A DNA stretch of 64,000 nt from Sporolactobacillus sp. Lineage in GTDB: Bacteria > Bacillota > Bacilli > Bacillales > Sporolactobacillaceae. A model generated the notes under the pieces. The model did no database searches. It saw only the letters and a list, made by a program, of their open reading frames with translations, and was not told where the DNA came from. Below, piece after piece: positions 10,671 through 20,188 of this stretch (position 1 is the stretch's first letter; each line of letters opens with the position of its first letter). The stretch covers positions 2,851 through 66,850 of the forward strand of contig JBDNRH010000010.1 of NCBI GenBank assembly GCA_047718535.1, in the 5' to 3' direction. The position numbers and the translations under genes are program-made.

Positions 10671-11069
10671 TGAGTTTCCTCCTTCTGCACCGCGTATGCT
10701 GCTCCATTCTTTCACAATCATTCACCAGCTTATATTTATCCCACTGGCTACATCTTTTCTCTTATATGTTCTATTTTATGACATTCGATGTATGTAATCA
10801 TCGTTGTTATTTATCATATTGAGTAAATGAATAACAGTCGTTCATGACTTTTTAAGATATCTGAACAAAAACAGCTACGCTTTTTTTATCTTTTCAATAA
10901 TAATTAGCCATTTTCATTTCCGTATTTTTATTTAATGTCATATCTTATCACACAATATTTATGTGAGCGATTCGTATCGGATAAAATTCTTCCACCCTTC
11001 TTACATCACCGTATGATAAATCCGCTGTGGGCTTGCCCGCCGAGTTATCACCCATGCCGGGCGCACCCA

Positions 11070-11106
11070 AAAGAAAAAGAATCCGCGCTGCGGATTCTTT
11101 TTCTTT
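11070..11106 (-). terminator. Rho-independent terminator after tagH
   Basis: Minus strand reads GAATCCG-loop-CGGATTC followed by TTTTTCTTTT. Confidence 0.7.
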
Positions 11107-11114
11107 CGTATCGT

Positions 11115-11909
11115 TTAAACGGTTGCCATTCGTTTCTTACGTACCGTTTCCTGAAAGGCTTTCTTTTCTGCCTTAGTCATTTTCTTATACTTTTTAATAA
11201 ATGCCTCATATTCGGGCATCACCGTTTCCATTGACCCGTATCGCTCAACCTGTCCGTATTGAATCCATAGTGCCTTTTCACAAAACTGCTTCATTTGCGG
11301 AATTGAATGACTTATGAAGAAAATGGTTTTTCCTTGCGCTTTGAACTCGTTCATTTTATCGAGACATTTATCAGCAAACGTCTGATCACCTACAGATAAC
11401 GCCTCATCAATCACAAGAATGTCTGGATTAATATGAATGGAAATGGCAAATCCCAAACGCGATTTCATCCCGCTCGAATACGATTTTACCGGTTGTTCAA
11501 TGAAGTCGCCAATATCGGCAAACTCGATGATCTGTGGTGTCAATTCTCGTATTTCCCGCTTATTAAACCCGAGCATCAAGCATTTCAATTCTATATTTTC
11601 GCGACCGCTCAACTCACCTTTCAGGCCCGATTGAATGGCTATTAGGGCGGTGTCGCCGTGCACATCCACTGTACCTGAGGTTGGTGGAATAATTCCAGCA
11701 ATAATATTCGACAAGGTGGACTTACCCGACCCATTGACACCAATGATGCCAATAACATCGCCTTCATCCGCGTCAAAGCTGATGTCCTGAAGAGCGAAGA
11801 AAGATTTGCCATGGCTGCGCGGCGAGAGTAGATCAAGCAGCTTCTCAGAATTCTTGCTATACATTTTATATGTTTTCGTCACATGACTGACAATCACTGA
11901 TTTTGGCAT
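11115..11909 (-). CDS. tagH: Teichoic acid export ABC transporter, ATP-binding protein
   Basis: Walker A GVNGSGKST, signature YSSGMKSRL, Walker B LVIDEA. Start ATG 11909 follows GGTGGGA. Paired with tagG. Confidence 0.9.
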   Translation of the reverse strand: MPKSVIVSHVTKTYKMYSKNSEKLLDLLSPRSHGKSFFALQDISFDADEGDVIGIIGVNGSGKSTLSNIIAGIIPPTSGTVDVHGDTALIAIQSGLKGELSGRENIELKCLMLGFNKREIRELTPQIIEFADIGDFIEQPVKSYSSGMKSRLGFAISIHINPDILVIDEALSVGDQTFADKCLDKMNEFKAQGKTIFFISHSIPQMKQFCEKALWIQYGQVERYGSMETVMPEYEAFIKKYKKMTKAEKKAFQETVRKKRMATV

Positions 11910-11920
11910 AAAATCCCACC

Positions 11921-12748
11921 TTATAGATAATCCACAAAATGATCCCTGAATTTCAAATGAACGACTGAGCCGATCAGAAACATCACTAGTATTGCTGCCC
12001 AGAAATACAGCGTATAAGAGAGATGGACAAGCGGATACCAAGAGACGCCAAGCATGGTCGACCGATAGCCCTGAACAAGATAGTACATCGGATTAAGCAG
12101 CAATAATTTATGGACAAAATGCGGCAAATGAGCCAGCCGCGACGGCTCCCACAAGAAGGGGGTTAAATAGAAAACCATCCTCATAAATGAAATCAGAATC
12201 TGATGCACATCACGGATAATCGTCGAAAATGTCGATGTAATTAACGAAAACGAAATCAGAAACGCAAGTGAAGCAAACATAAAATAGGGCAGCTGAACGA
12301 TATATAAGCTGACCTTATAGGGCGTAAACTGTAAATAAATGAATACAACCGCCGTCAGCAATAGATGCTGATAAAATTTTTCGAAAATGACATACGTAGG
12401 TATGGTACTCATCGGAAAATTCATTTTCGCAATGAATTTAATCCGCGAATACACAGACTTCGACCCTTGAATAATTCCCGGCTGCAAATAGAACCAAATG
12501 AAAATACCGGCAACAAGCCAGTCGAAATAGGGAACCGTCTCCCCATTCTCCACAATAACGGCTTTCTTATTCAAGATAATTCCGAAAACAAGCCAATAAA
12601 TGAAGATTTGAATCATTGGATTAATCACAATCCAAGCCATACCGAGATAATTATTATTGTTTTCGCTTTTCAGTTCATAAAGCGACAGCCGTCGTATCAA
12701 GTAGAGACTGCCTAATTGTTCTTTGATCACACGCCATGCAGATTTCAT
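11921..12748 (-). CDS. tagG: Teichoic acid export ABC transporter, permease
   Basis: 275-aa ABC-2 type permease with 6 TMS, immediately upstream of tagH. Confidence 0.9.
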   Translation of the reverse strand: MKSAWRVIKEQLGSLYLIRRLSLYELKSENNNNYLGMAWIVINPMIQIFIYWLVFGIILNKKAVIVENGETVPYFDWLVAGIFIWFYLQPGIIQGSKSVYSRIKFIAKMNFPMSTIPTYVIFEKFYQHLLLTAVVFIYLQFTPYKVSLYIVQLPYFMFASLAFLISFSLITSTFSTIIRDVHQILISFMRMVFYLTPFLWEPSRLAHLPHFVHKLLLLNPMYYLVQGYRSTMLGVSWYPLVHLSYTLYFWAAILVMFLIGSVVHLKFRDHFVDYL

Positions 12749-12988
12749 CTAGTAATCCTTCCAATATAACAAGTTTCGTCCATCTTTTTCCGCTCACAAC
12801 TTTCACTTTACCACAAGCCCGCCGGAAAAGGAAAGTCTGGAAAAGCATATTTAGATATTCGTTTCCAAGTGACGTGATATGACCATTTTGCTCGCCCACT
12901 GCGTGCTGCTCATAGGAATAAAAAACAGCAGGAACGGCAAACTGACTATAATGAATCAAATCATTGACTAAACAAGGAAGCATGCGCA

Positions 12989-13231
12989 TTGAAAATGGAT
13001 TCCGCAACATTAAAAATTCGCCTAATCAGTGTCACCCTTTTTCTTAGCTATTTCTTGTTTCTGGCTGTCTTTTTTATTTTCACAGCACTCCGACTATTCT
13101 CTGTCTCGACTGCCCTACTCTATATTCTTATCTTCTATCCAAGCATCATTCCGTTTGTCGTGTTATTGCTTGAACAGCGTCCTGTTGAAGAAAAACATCA
13201 GAAATTATCGGAACATAAAAACGGCAATTAA
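12989..13231 (+). CDS. Small two-TM membrane protein, candidate germinant-receptor 'D' subunit
   Basis: 80-aa ORF with two hydrophobic spans (ISVTLFLSYFLFLAVFFIFTAL; VSTALLYILIFYPSIIPFVVLLL). TTG start 8 nt after AAGGAAG. It ends 4-21 nt before the Ger A-subunit gene. Confidence 0.4.
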   Translation: MKMDSATLKIRLISVTLFLSYFLFLAVFFIFTALRLFSVSTALLYILIFYPSIIPFVVLLLEQRPVEEKHQKLSEHKNGN

Positions 13232-13252
13232 TGAATGAAACGGGGATTAACT

Positions 13253-14767
13253 ATGTTCTGGAAGAAAAAACGTATTCAGAAAACCGATCCGGATACGCCC
13301 CCAAAAACAATGGGCGACTTACTCGAATTATTAAAAAACGATCCCGATTTCACGCATTTTAAACATACGGGTGAGCATTTTTCGTGCTGGATTTCATTTA
13401 TCCAGACGTTGGTTGACGTTGAATATGTACATCGTGACGTGTTTCCTTATCTCTATCGCTCTGAGATCCACAGCATGGCCGATGTGCAAGCAACGCTGCC
13501 AATTGAAAAAATGATTCGCACGGACGACCTGTCTATCATTCAAGGAAAGTTACTTGAAGGATTCATCGCTATTCAAAGTTCTGAGAACAAGGCAGATGCA
13601 TTAATCATCCCCTCGATTAAAATTCAGGGACGACAGATTCAGCAATCGGAAATTGAAACGAGTATTCTCGGCTCTCAGGAATCATTTGTCGAATCGATTG
13701 ACACGAATATCAATCTGATCCGCAAGCGTATCCCGATACCGCAATTTTCCATTGAAGAAATTCGTGTCGGTAAAATGTCACGCACCCGTGTCAATATTTG
13801 TTATATCGATGGTGTGACGAACAAAGAAAATTTGAATACAGCCAAACAGCGAATCAGTGATTTGGAAATTATCAATTTGACCGATGCGACGATGCTGGCA
13901 CTTAATATCAGCGATAATAATAATTCCCTTTTCCCACAATTCATCGATACCGAGCGACCCGATCGAGTGGCGAGCGCTTTATATGAGGGAAAAATAGGCG
14001 TACTCGTCGACGGCTCCCCGAACGCATTGATCATTCCATCGACGATCGTTGAATTCTTCTCTGCCTTTGATGATTATTTTCTTGTCTGGCCAATAGCGAC
14101 CGCTTACCGGCTGTTACGTCTCTTCGCCGTCGCCATTTCCGTCGTCTCATCCGCTCTTTATGTCGCCATCTTAACCTATCATTATAATTTGATTCCAAAG
14201 GATTTAATGGGTACGCTGATCGTTTCCAGAAGTTCTGTCCCCTACGATCCAATCATTGAAGTCCTTTTACTCGAGATGATGATTGAATTATTGCGTGAAG
14301 CGGGCGCACGATTGCCTACAAAAGTCGGACAGACGATCGGCATCGTTGGTGGTATTGTCATTGGTACGGCATCGGTTCAAGCGGGTGTGACAAGTAATAT
14401 TCTGCTTATCATCATTGCTATTTCCGCGCTGGCTGCCTTCATTACACCGAACTATCGGATGGCAACAACTATTCGTTTCATCCGTTTTCCATTTATTATT
14501 GCGGCGCAATTATTGGGGCTGCTCGGCATTAGCCTTTGTTTCATGGTATTCGTCGTTCATCTCCTCAAGCTGACGTCACTTGGGAGGCCCTATATCGAGC
14601 CAATCTATCCTATGCGTTTCACCGATATGAAAGATGCCTATATCCGGCTGCCTTTGAATTATCAGAATGAGCGTCCTCTCTTCCTGCGCTCAGCTGATGC
14701 CGATCGCAGCAATCCGAAGCGTGCCAAGGAGAAGGTTGGTAAACATAAACCTGATATTGATGAATAA
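13253..14767 (+). CDS. Spore germination protein, GerA-family A subunit
   Basis: GerAA/GerKA-like sequence (PNALIIPSTIVEFFSAFDDYF, C-terminal TM cluster). ATG 13253 follows GGGGA. The ORF is open from 13235. Confidence 0.9.
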   Translation: MFWKKKRIQKTDPDTPPKTMGDLLELLKNDPDFTHFKHTGEHFSCWISFIQTLVDVEYVHRDVFPYLYRSEIHSMADVQATLPIEKMIRTDDLSIIQGKLLEGFIAIQSSENKADALIIPSIKIQGRQIQQSEIETSILGSQESFVESIDTNINLIRKRIPIPQFSIEEIRVGKMSRTRVNICYIDGVTNKENLNTAKQRISDLEIINLTDATMLALNISDNNNSLFPQFIDTERPDRVASALYEGKIGVLVDGSPNALIIPSTIVEFFSAFDDYFLVWPIATAYRLLRLFAVAISVVSSALYVAILTYHYNLIPKDLMGTLIVSRSSVPYDPIIEVLLLEMMIELLREAGARLPTKVGQTIGIVGGIVIGTASVQAGVTSNILLIIIAISALAAFITPNYRMATTIRFIRFPFIIAAQLLGLLGISLCFMVFVVHLLKLTSLGRPYIEPIYPMRFTDMKDAYIRLPLNYQNERPLFLRSADADRSNPKRAKEKVGKHKPDIDE

Positions 14768-14799
14768 AGCGTGCAGCATTGAAGGAGTGTCTGTCATTT

Positions 14800-15915
14800 A
14801 TGGCGAGTAAAATTAGCGAAACACACCAAACCAGTCCCGTCTCTGTCTATTTCATAACCCATGTCATGCAGGTGGGAATAGGCTTTTTATCATTTCAGCA
14901 GATTCTTACGAAATATGCACAGCAAGATGCCTGGATAGCACTTCTCATCTGCGGTCTGTCCGCACTTGGCATCATGTGGATAATTCTTCGACTGCTGGAA
15001 AACGAAGCGTCCTATGGAACGGCGGATATTTTTTCAATCCATCACCGTTTATTTGGTCGATGGATCGGTGGGTTGCTGAATTATCTTGTTCTGTTTCACG
15101 TGCTGCTCTTTGCTGTCGTTTTTCTGCGCAGCTATATTGAAATCCTGCAAGTATGGGTCTTCCCCCATCTCTCGATCGTCTGCTTCTCTGTCATTTTCTG
15201 CTTAATTGTCTGGTATGTCGTGATTGGCGGAATGCGTAGTATTACTGGCGTCTGTCTGCTCAGTTTTATTTATTTGCTGCCATTGTTTTTGTCGAGTATT
15301 TTCATCGCTCCGCAGGCACATTTCGAATCGATTCTGCCTCTATTCGACCATTCACCGCAGTCCATTCTTCATTCCAGCTTCCAAGCTGTTCACAATTTCC
15401 TTGGCTTTGAATTGATCATCTATTATTACCCATTTATTAAGAAACCGAAGGAAGCAAGGAAATGGGCTTATTTCGGGATGCTTACAACATTGCAGCTTTA
15501 TTTTACACTGCTCATTCTCGGCATTCTCTATTTTAGCAACGGCGCATTGCAGAACACCATTTGGCCAACGATCACATTCTGGAAAAGTGTACATTTCCCC
15601 TTGCTTGAACATATTGACACAATTTGTATCATTATTCTGCTCTGGAATCTTATACCCAATATCAGCTTATGTTCTTGGTCCATCGCCCGAGGGATTAAAG
15701 CTACGTTTCCAGCGATCAAGATGAAGCATTCACTGATTGGCATTTTGATTGTTATCATTATTTTCTGTGTATTTATCAAAGACGGACTTGAAGTCAAGCA
15801 GATCAATGATTTATATAATTTCTATGGATTTTTTCTCATCTATCTTTATTTTCCCTTTCTTCTCGCGGCACAATGGATTAAAAAGAAGTGGGGGAAGAAC
15901 TGGCATGAAGCGTAA
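14800..15915 (+). CDS. Spore germination protein, GerA-family B subunit (APC-type permease)
   Basis: 10-TMS permease-like ORF in the middle of a ger operon. Start uncertain: ATG 14800 lies 12 nt after GAAGGAG. Confidence 0.85.
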   Translation: MASKISETHQTSPVSVYFITHVMQVGIGFLSFQQILTKYAQQDAWIALLICGLSALGIMWIILRLLENEASYGTADIFSIHHRLFGRWIGGLLNYLVLFHVLLFAVVFLRSYIEILQVWVFPHLSIVCFSVIFCLIVWYVVIGGMRSITGVCLLSFIYLLPLFLSSIFIAPQAHFESILPLFDHSPQSILHSSFQAVHNFLGFELIIYYYPFIKKPKEARKWAYFGMLTTLQLYFTLLILGILYFSNGALQNTIWPTITFWKSVHFPLLEHIDTICIIILLWNLIPNISLCSWSIARGIKATFPAIKMKHSLIGILIVIIIFCVFIKDGLEVKQINDLYNFYGFFLIYLYFPFLLAAQWIKKKWGKNWHEA

Positions 15916-17014
15916 ACTCATTGCAAGCCTGCTGCTGCTTTCCGTTCTAAGCGGCTGCGTCCCCTCAAGTATTGTCGACGATATTCTGATTGTCGAAGGT
16001 GAAGGCTACGACTATATCGGACACGGAAAAATCATCGGCACAGTAACCATGCCTAATTTCGTTCAGGGGGGAGAGCCAGGCAGTCAAGGGGCAGGACTGC
16101 CAACGACAGGATCGATGATTCGTTCGCTAAGCGGCGTGACTTATGACGGCAAATCACTTGTCGATCGCTTTCAGTCTGAAGGGCAAAAAATCTTGCGCGC
16201 AGGAAAAATACGCCTGATGCTATTTAATGAACGATTAGCGAAACACGGGGTGGCGAAAGATATTGCTTTCCGAAATCGTGATCCTGATCCGCCACTTGAT
16301 ATCACGATTGCCGTGGTGAAAGGCAGCTGTAAGCAATTATTGACGGCCACAGACTACCAGACACAAATTCCCATCTCTCGTTATGTGCAGGATTTAATTA
16401 TGCAGAATAGCCAGCAAAATCTGCCAGACGTAAATCTCGCCACTTTTATCAATAGTTATTACGGCTCTTATATGGATCCGTTCATGCCGCTTATCGAGAA
16501 GCAAGGAGATCATATTAAGCTGGATGGACTGGCCTTATTTCGCCACGATAAATACGTACTGTCGCTTGGCAATAACCAGACGTTCGTATTCAAAATGCTT
16601 TATCAGCCGTTTAATCAAGGGGTGTATGACTATCAGATTAAACCCGGAAAACATGTCGCATTGCGTAACGTCAAAACATCCGTCTCTTATTCCGCCAAAG
16701 ATGGAAACAGTGCATCGCCGGATATAACGGCACACGTAAAGGTTGTCGCCCAAGTACGTCAGGCATCTCCAAATACAGTCAGCAAGCAAACCGCGCCCAT
16801 TGTCAGCCAGGCATTCAGTAAGCATATGGCAAAAGAAGCCCGGCGGCTTGTCAGTCGGCTTCAGAAAAAGCGGGTTGATCCGCTGCAATTGACGAATTAT
16901 ATTCGCAGTTTCACTCACCATTTTAATGGCAGCGACTGGCGCGAGCGTTATACCCATGTCCGTTTTCATTGTAAAGTCAATGTATTGATTACACAGACCG
17001 GCATCTCACATTAG
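15905..17014 (+). CDS. Spore germination protein, GerA-family C subunit lipoprotein
   Basis: MKRKLIASLLLLSVLSGC lipobox at ATG 15905, overlapping the B-subunit stop. Ger(x)C-like sequence. Confidence 0.85.
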   Translation: MKRKLIASLLLLSVLSGCVPSSIVDDILIVEGEGYDYIGHGKIIGTVTMPNFVQGGEPGSQGAGLPTTGSMIRSLSGVTYDGKSLVDRFQSEGQKILRAGKIRLMLFNERLAKHGVAKDIAFRNRDPDPPLDITIAVVKGSCKQLLTATDYQTQIPISRYVQDLIMQNSQQNLPDVNLATFINSYYGSYMDPFMPLIEKQGDHIKLDGLALFRHDKYVLSLGNNQTFVFKMLYQPFNQGVYDYQIKPGKHVALRNVKTSVSYSAKDGNSASPDITAHVKVVAQVRQASPNTVSKQTAPIVSQAFSKHMAKEARRLVSRLQKKRVDPLQLTNYIRSFTHHFNGSDWRERYTHVRFHCKVNVLITQTGISH

Positions 17015-17108
17015 AAAAACTTGGCGAAGCCAAGTCCTTTGGACGACGGCTGAGCCCTAGCTTTTCTTATACTTAGTTCCGTTGAAATCTATATGCTTTC
17101 TTAACGTA
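17011..17108 (+). repeat. Dispersed intergenic repeat, full copy A
   Basis: Shares the identical 27-mer TTAGAAAAACTTGGCGAAGCCAAGTCC and ~80% identity over ~97 nt with 56111-56207. It contains the gerC-type stop codon. Confidence 0.75.
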
Positions 17109-17231
17109 TTAGCAAGCCTCAGCCCCGGCCTTCCTTGAGTATGAGCGCAGTAAATAATGAAGTGCTTTCATTTCTTTCACAGCATATAAATGGTATAATG
17201 AAAGGATTAACAGGAAAGGGGATTTTAATCG

Positions 17232-17414
17232 ATGGGATTTAATCGTGGCCCGCAAGAACCGGTTCCTGAAGCAGAAACCGCTGTCTGGACATGCACCAAT
17301 GCGTCATGTTCCGGCTGGATGAGGGATGCCTTTTCATTCGACAGCCATCCAAAGTGTCCACTCTGCCACTCTGAAATGAAAAAGGAAACGCGGATGCTTC
17401 CTGTTATCGATTGA
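17232..17414 (+). CDS. ydjO: Cold-inducible protein YdjO-like (zinc-ribbon)
   Basis: 60 aa. The pattern W.C....C.GW.R.......P.CPLC resembles B. subtilis YdjO. TGGTATAAT extended -10 upstream, GGAAAGGGG RBS. Confidence 0.7.
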   Translation: MGFNRGPQEPVPEAETAVWTCTNASCSGWMRDAFSFDSHPKCPLCHSEMKKETRMLPVID

Positions 17415-17448
17415 CTAATGATTGATACGCATGACCATTTTGCAGCTT

Positions 17449-17498
17449 AGGCACGCTTTGACCGCCAGTAAAGACGGATCAGCGTGCCTGTCTTCTTG
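17449..17498 (+). terminator. Terminator after ydjO
   Basis: AGGCACGCT ... AGCGTGCCT 9-bp stem followed by GTCTTCTT. Confidence 0.55.
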
Positions 17499-17690
17499 CT
17501 GCAGAGAAAATCGTTTGACATCCCGCTGATTGAGCTATACTGACTAATAGCACCAGCCTATACAGCTTTTGTACGGTAAAGAAATATAAAAAGTTCAGCT
17601 ATGATTTTATTGAATGCATTCACGCATTCTAATCCCAATTCGGGACTACATAAGCTACAATAGAGAGGGTAATCGATAGAAGGTGATTCT

Positions 17691-18242
17691 GTGAAGTTGA
17701 CTAAAATGAAGAGAAAATTTGCCGATCGTCGCGGCTGGCGCAGGATTATTGCCAGTCATACGCATCGTAAAAGCTTTATGTGGCCTGCTTTTCATGGTGA
17801 AGCGGTGCTTATTCATTTCGATGCCGTAAAAGCGCCGCTCTCAGTATTTTACGGAGGGACACGAACGAAAACTGTTGATCAGCATTATTCTTGGCTGCAA
17901 CTTTTCCCGTCACACTCCGCGCGCTATGTACTGACTGCGATGTTTAATGAAAAAAAGCAATTAGTCCAATGCTATTTCGATGTCATTGATCGCATCGGTG
18001 AGGATGAAACAGGCATTCTTTGGTTTGACGATTTGTATCTTGATATTATTCTGTTTCCTAATCACGATCTTTATCTTGTCGATCAAGAAGAACTGACGGA
18101 GGCACTTGACGAAGGCATTATCAATCAGGAGAAATATAATCGTGCGTGGCAGACCGCGAGAAAATTAAAACAATTTATCACCGACAAGCCCGAATTCTTT
18201 CTCGATCTTGTTCGACAAGTTTATGCTACATTTCCCGACTAA
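17691..18242 (+). CDS. DUF402-family protein (nucleoside di/triphosphatase-like)
   Basis: The C-terminal half (WFDDLYLDIILFPNHDLYLVDQEELTEALDEGII) resembles DUF402 proteins. Start uncertain: GTG 17691 after GAAGGTGA, or ATG 17706. Confidence 0.6.
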   Translation: MKLTKMKRKFADRRGWRRIIASHTHRKSFMWPAFHGEAVLIHFDAVKAPLSVFYGGTRTKTVDQHYSWLQLFPSHSARYVLTAMFNEKKQLVQCYFDVIDRIGEDETGILWFDDLYLDIILFPNHDLYLVDQEELTEALDEGIINQEKYNRAWQTARKLKQFITDKPEFFLDLVRQVYATFPD

Positions 18243-18283
18243 TGTCTCGTCTCAAACCATCTTGTCCGAAAGGAGCGAAAAAA

Positions 18284-18766
18284 ATGACGCTTCGATTAAT
18301 ACCAATGGCAACCAGTTTGTTCGCACCATACGTGTCGCGCCTCATCCAAGAATACGCGGTAGAAAAGCAGCGTGCCGGTACATGGCTGCCTGATCAGGCA
18401 TTGGCATATTCTGAGAATGAGTTTCGAAGACTGCTTCCGCAAGGTCAGTCTACACCCAACCACTATTTTTTTTCGTTCGTTGATCAATCCGGTCAACCCA
18501 TTGGTGTAATTTGGCTTCATTATTCCCAGGCCGACCGGTCACGCCAGGCATTTATCTATGATTTTGAAATATTCGAGCCCTTTCAAGGACAAGGATACGG
18601 TCAGAAGGCGTTGCAAGCGGTATTTGCCTATTGCCAGCAATCCGGTCTCGCAAAATTAAGTTTGCATGTCTTTGCTCATAATACGCGTGCCCGCCATATT
18701 TATCAGAAGCTCGGCTTTATCGAGACAGATATAAATATGACAAAATATTTGAATGGATACGTGTGA
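18284..18766 (+). CDS. GNAT-family N-acetyltransferase
   Basis: Acetyl-CoA motif QGQGYGQKAL. ATG 18284 follows AAAGGAG. The ORF is open from 18146. Confidence 0.8.
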   Translation: MTLRLIPMATSLFAPYVSRLIQEYAVEKQRAGTWLPDQALAYSENEFRRLLPQGQSTPNHYFFSFVDQSGQPIGVIWLHYSQADRSRQAFIYDFEIFEPFQGQGYGQKALQAVFAYCQQSGLAKLSLHVFAHNTRARHIYQKLGFIETDINMTKYLNGYV

Positions 18767-18792
18767 CACTCCCTCGTTGCTGAGTGAGTGAG

Positions 18793-18840
18793 AAAAAAAG
18801 CAGGAACAGCTCAATTTCAGCCTGTTCCCGCTTTTTTCTT
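18793..18840. terminator. Bidirectional terminator between the GNAT gene and glcF
   Basis: GCAGGAACAG ... CTGTTCCCGC stem flanked by A7 and T6. Confidence 0.65.
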
Positions 18841-18862
18841 ATGTCCAACCGCTGATCACCGT

Positions 18863-20188
18863 TCAGTCGTCAATCGCTTCAAGCAGCAGATCGACGATAT
18901 GCACCGCCCGAATCTGTTCGCTGCGATGCTGGCGTTCAATACCGACTTTCATCTCTAAGAGACAGCCCGGATTGGCTGTCACCACGGTTTGAGCATGAGT
19001 TTCCTCCACTTTTTCCATTTTATGATCGAGGATCTGCATCGCCATTTTCGGTTCGACAATATTGTAATCACCGGCCGATCCGCAGCATGTATTCGCGCCC
19101 TCCATTTCCTTATAGGTAGCCCCTTCAATAGCTCGCAGCAAAATACGCGGTTCTTCGAATGTATGCATGACATTGCGTAAATGACAGGAATCCTGATAGG
19201 TCACAATTTGTTCCGCGATTCGCAGCTTATGCGTCTTATGAAAATCAAGGGCCACTAGAATAGCAGAAATATCCCTTAATTTAGCGACAAATTGGGCTGC
19301 GCGTGCCGCCCATTCCGGTTCATCAGCAAGCAGATGGTCATATTCTTGAAGAAAAGCGCCGCATCCGCCAGCATTGCTTATGATATAATCCGCTCCCGAC
19401 CGCTCAAAGGCGGCGATATTCTGTTTGGCCAATTCTTTGGCTTGATCCAGTTCGCCGTTATGGCCATGAAGCGCTCCGCAGCAAAGTTGATTTTCCGGGA
19501 TTACTACATCACAGCCTGCCTTTTGCAGCAAACGAATCGTTGCATGATTTGTCTTAAAGAAAACTGTATCCATCAGACAGCCGGTAAACAACGCACACGT
19601 CGCTTGCCGTGCTCCCTCATGTTCAAAATATCTTGGCCGTTCGCGAATCTCCTTCTTCTTCGGCACTTCAGGCAAGACGCGCTCCATCGTTGCCATGCTT
19701 TCTGGAAATAGATTCATAAAGCCGATTTTGCGTACCACCTTAGACAAACCGCTGCGCTGATACACGCCAAGCAGACTGGTCACGTTCTCCAGTCGTTTCT
19801 GATGCGGAAACAATTCATTAAATATGCCCTTGCGCAGCATTTTTACCGGCACCGACTGTTTCTTATGCGCCTGTAGAATACTTCGGGCATCTTCCAATAA
19901 ATGACCGTATTTCACACCAGATGGACAGACCGTTTCACATGCGCGGCAGCCGAGGCATAAGTCAAGCGAATGAGCGACATCGTCATTTGGTTCAATCACA
20001 CCGTCGGTTATCCCTTTCATCAATGCAATTCGCCCTCGCGGCGAATAAAGTTCCTGCTGATCCGTTTCAATATAGGTAGGACAGGCGGGCAGACAGAACC
20101 CACAGCGCATACAGTTCAGCAATTCATCATAATCCATTTTTTCATTAAAGTCATCTTGAATCGCTGTTTTCTCTGCTTGAGTCATCAT
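18863..20188 (-). CDS. glcF: Glycolate oxidase iron-sulfur subunit ((Fe-S)-binding protein)
   Basis: Two CxxCxxCxxxCP ferredoxin motifs (CMRCGFCLPACP, CLGCRACETVCP) plus CCG cysteine-rich domains. Overlaps the glcD stop. Confidence 0.85.
   Translation of the reverse strand: MMTQAEKTAIQDDFNEKMDYDELLNCMRCGFCLPACPTYIETDQQELYSPRGRIALMKGITDGVIEPNDDVAHSLDLCLGCRACETVCPSGVKYGHLLEDARSILQAHKKQSVPVKMLRKGIFNELFPHQKRLENVTSLLGVYQRSGLSKVVRKIGFMNLFPESMATMERVLPEVPKKKEIRERPRYFEHEGARQATCALFTGCLMDTVFFKTNHATIRLLQKAGCDVVIPENQLCCGALHGHNGELDQAKELAKQNIAAFERSGADYIISNAGGCGAFLQEYDHLLADEPEWAARAAQFVAKLRDISAILVALDFHKTHKLRIAEQIVTYQDSCHLRNVMHTFEEPRILLRAIEGATYKEMEGANTCCGSAGDYNIVEPKMAMQILDHKMEKVEETHAQTVVTANPGCLLEMKVGIERQHRSEQIRAVHIVDLLLEAIDD

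Noticed and set aside
12675-13010. 111-aa minus-strand ORF upstream of and overlapping tagG
   Set aside because: It has no RBS at any candidate start, overlaps the tagG 5' end by 74 nt, and has no recognisable motif. It is most likely a non-coding promoter region.
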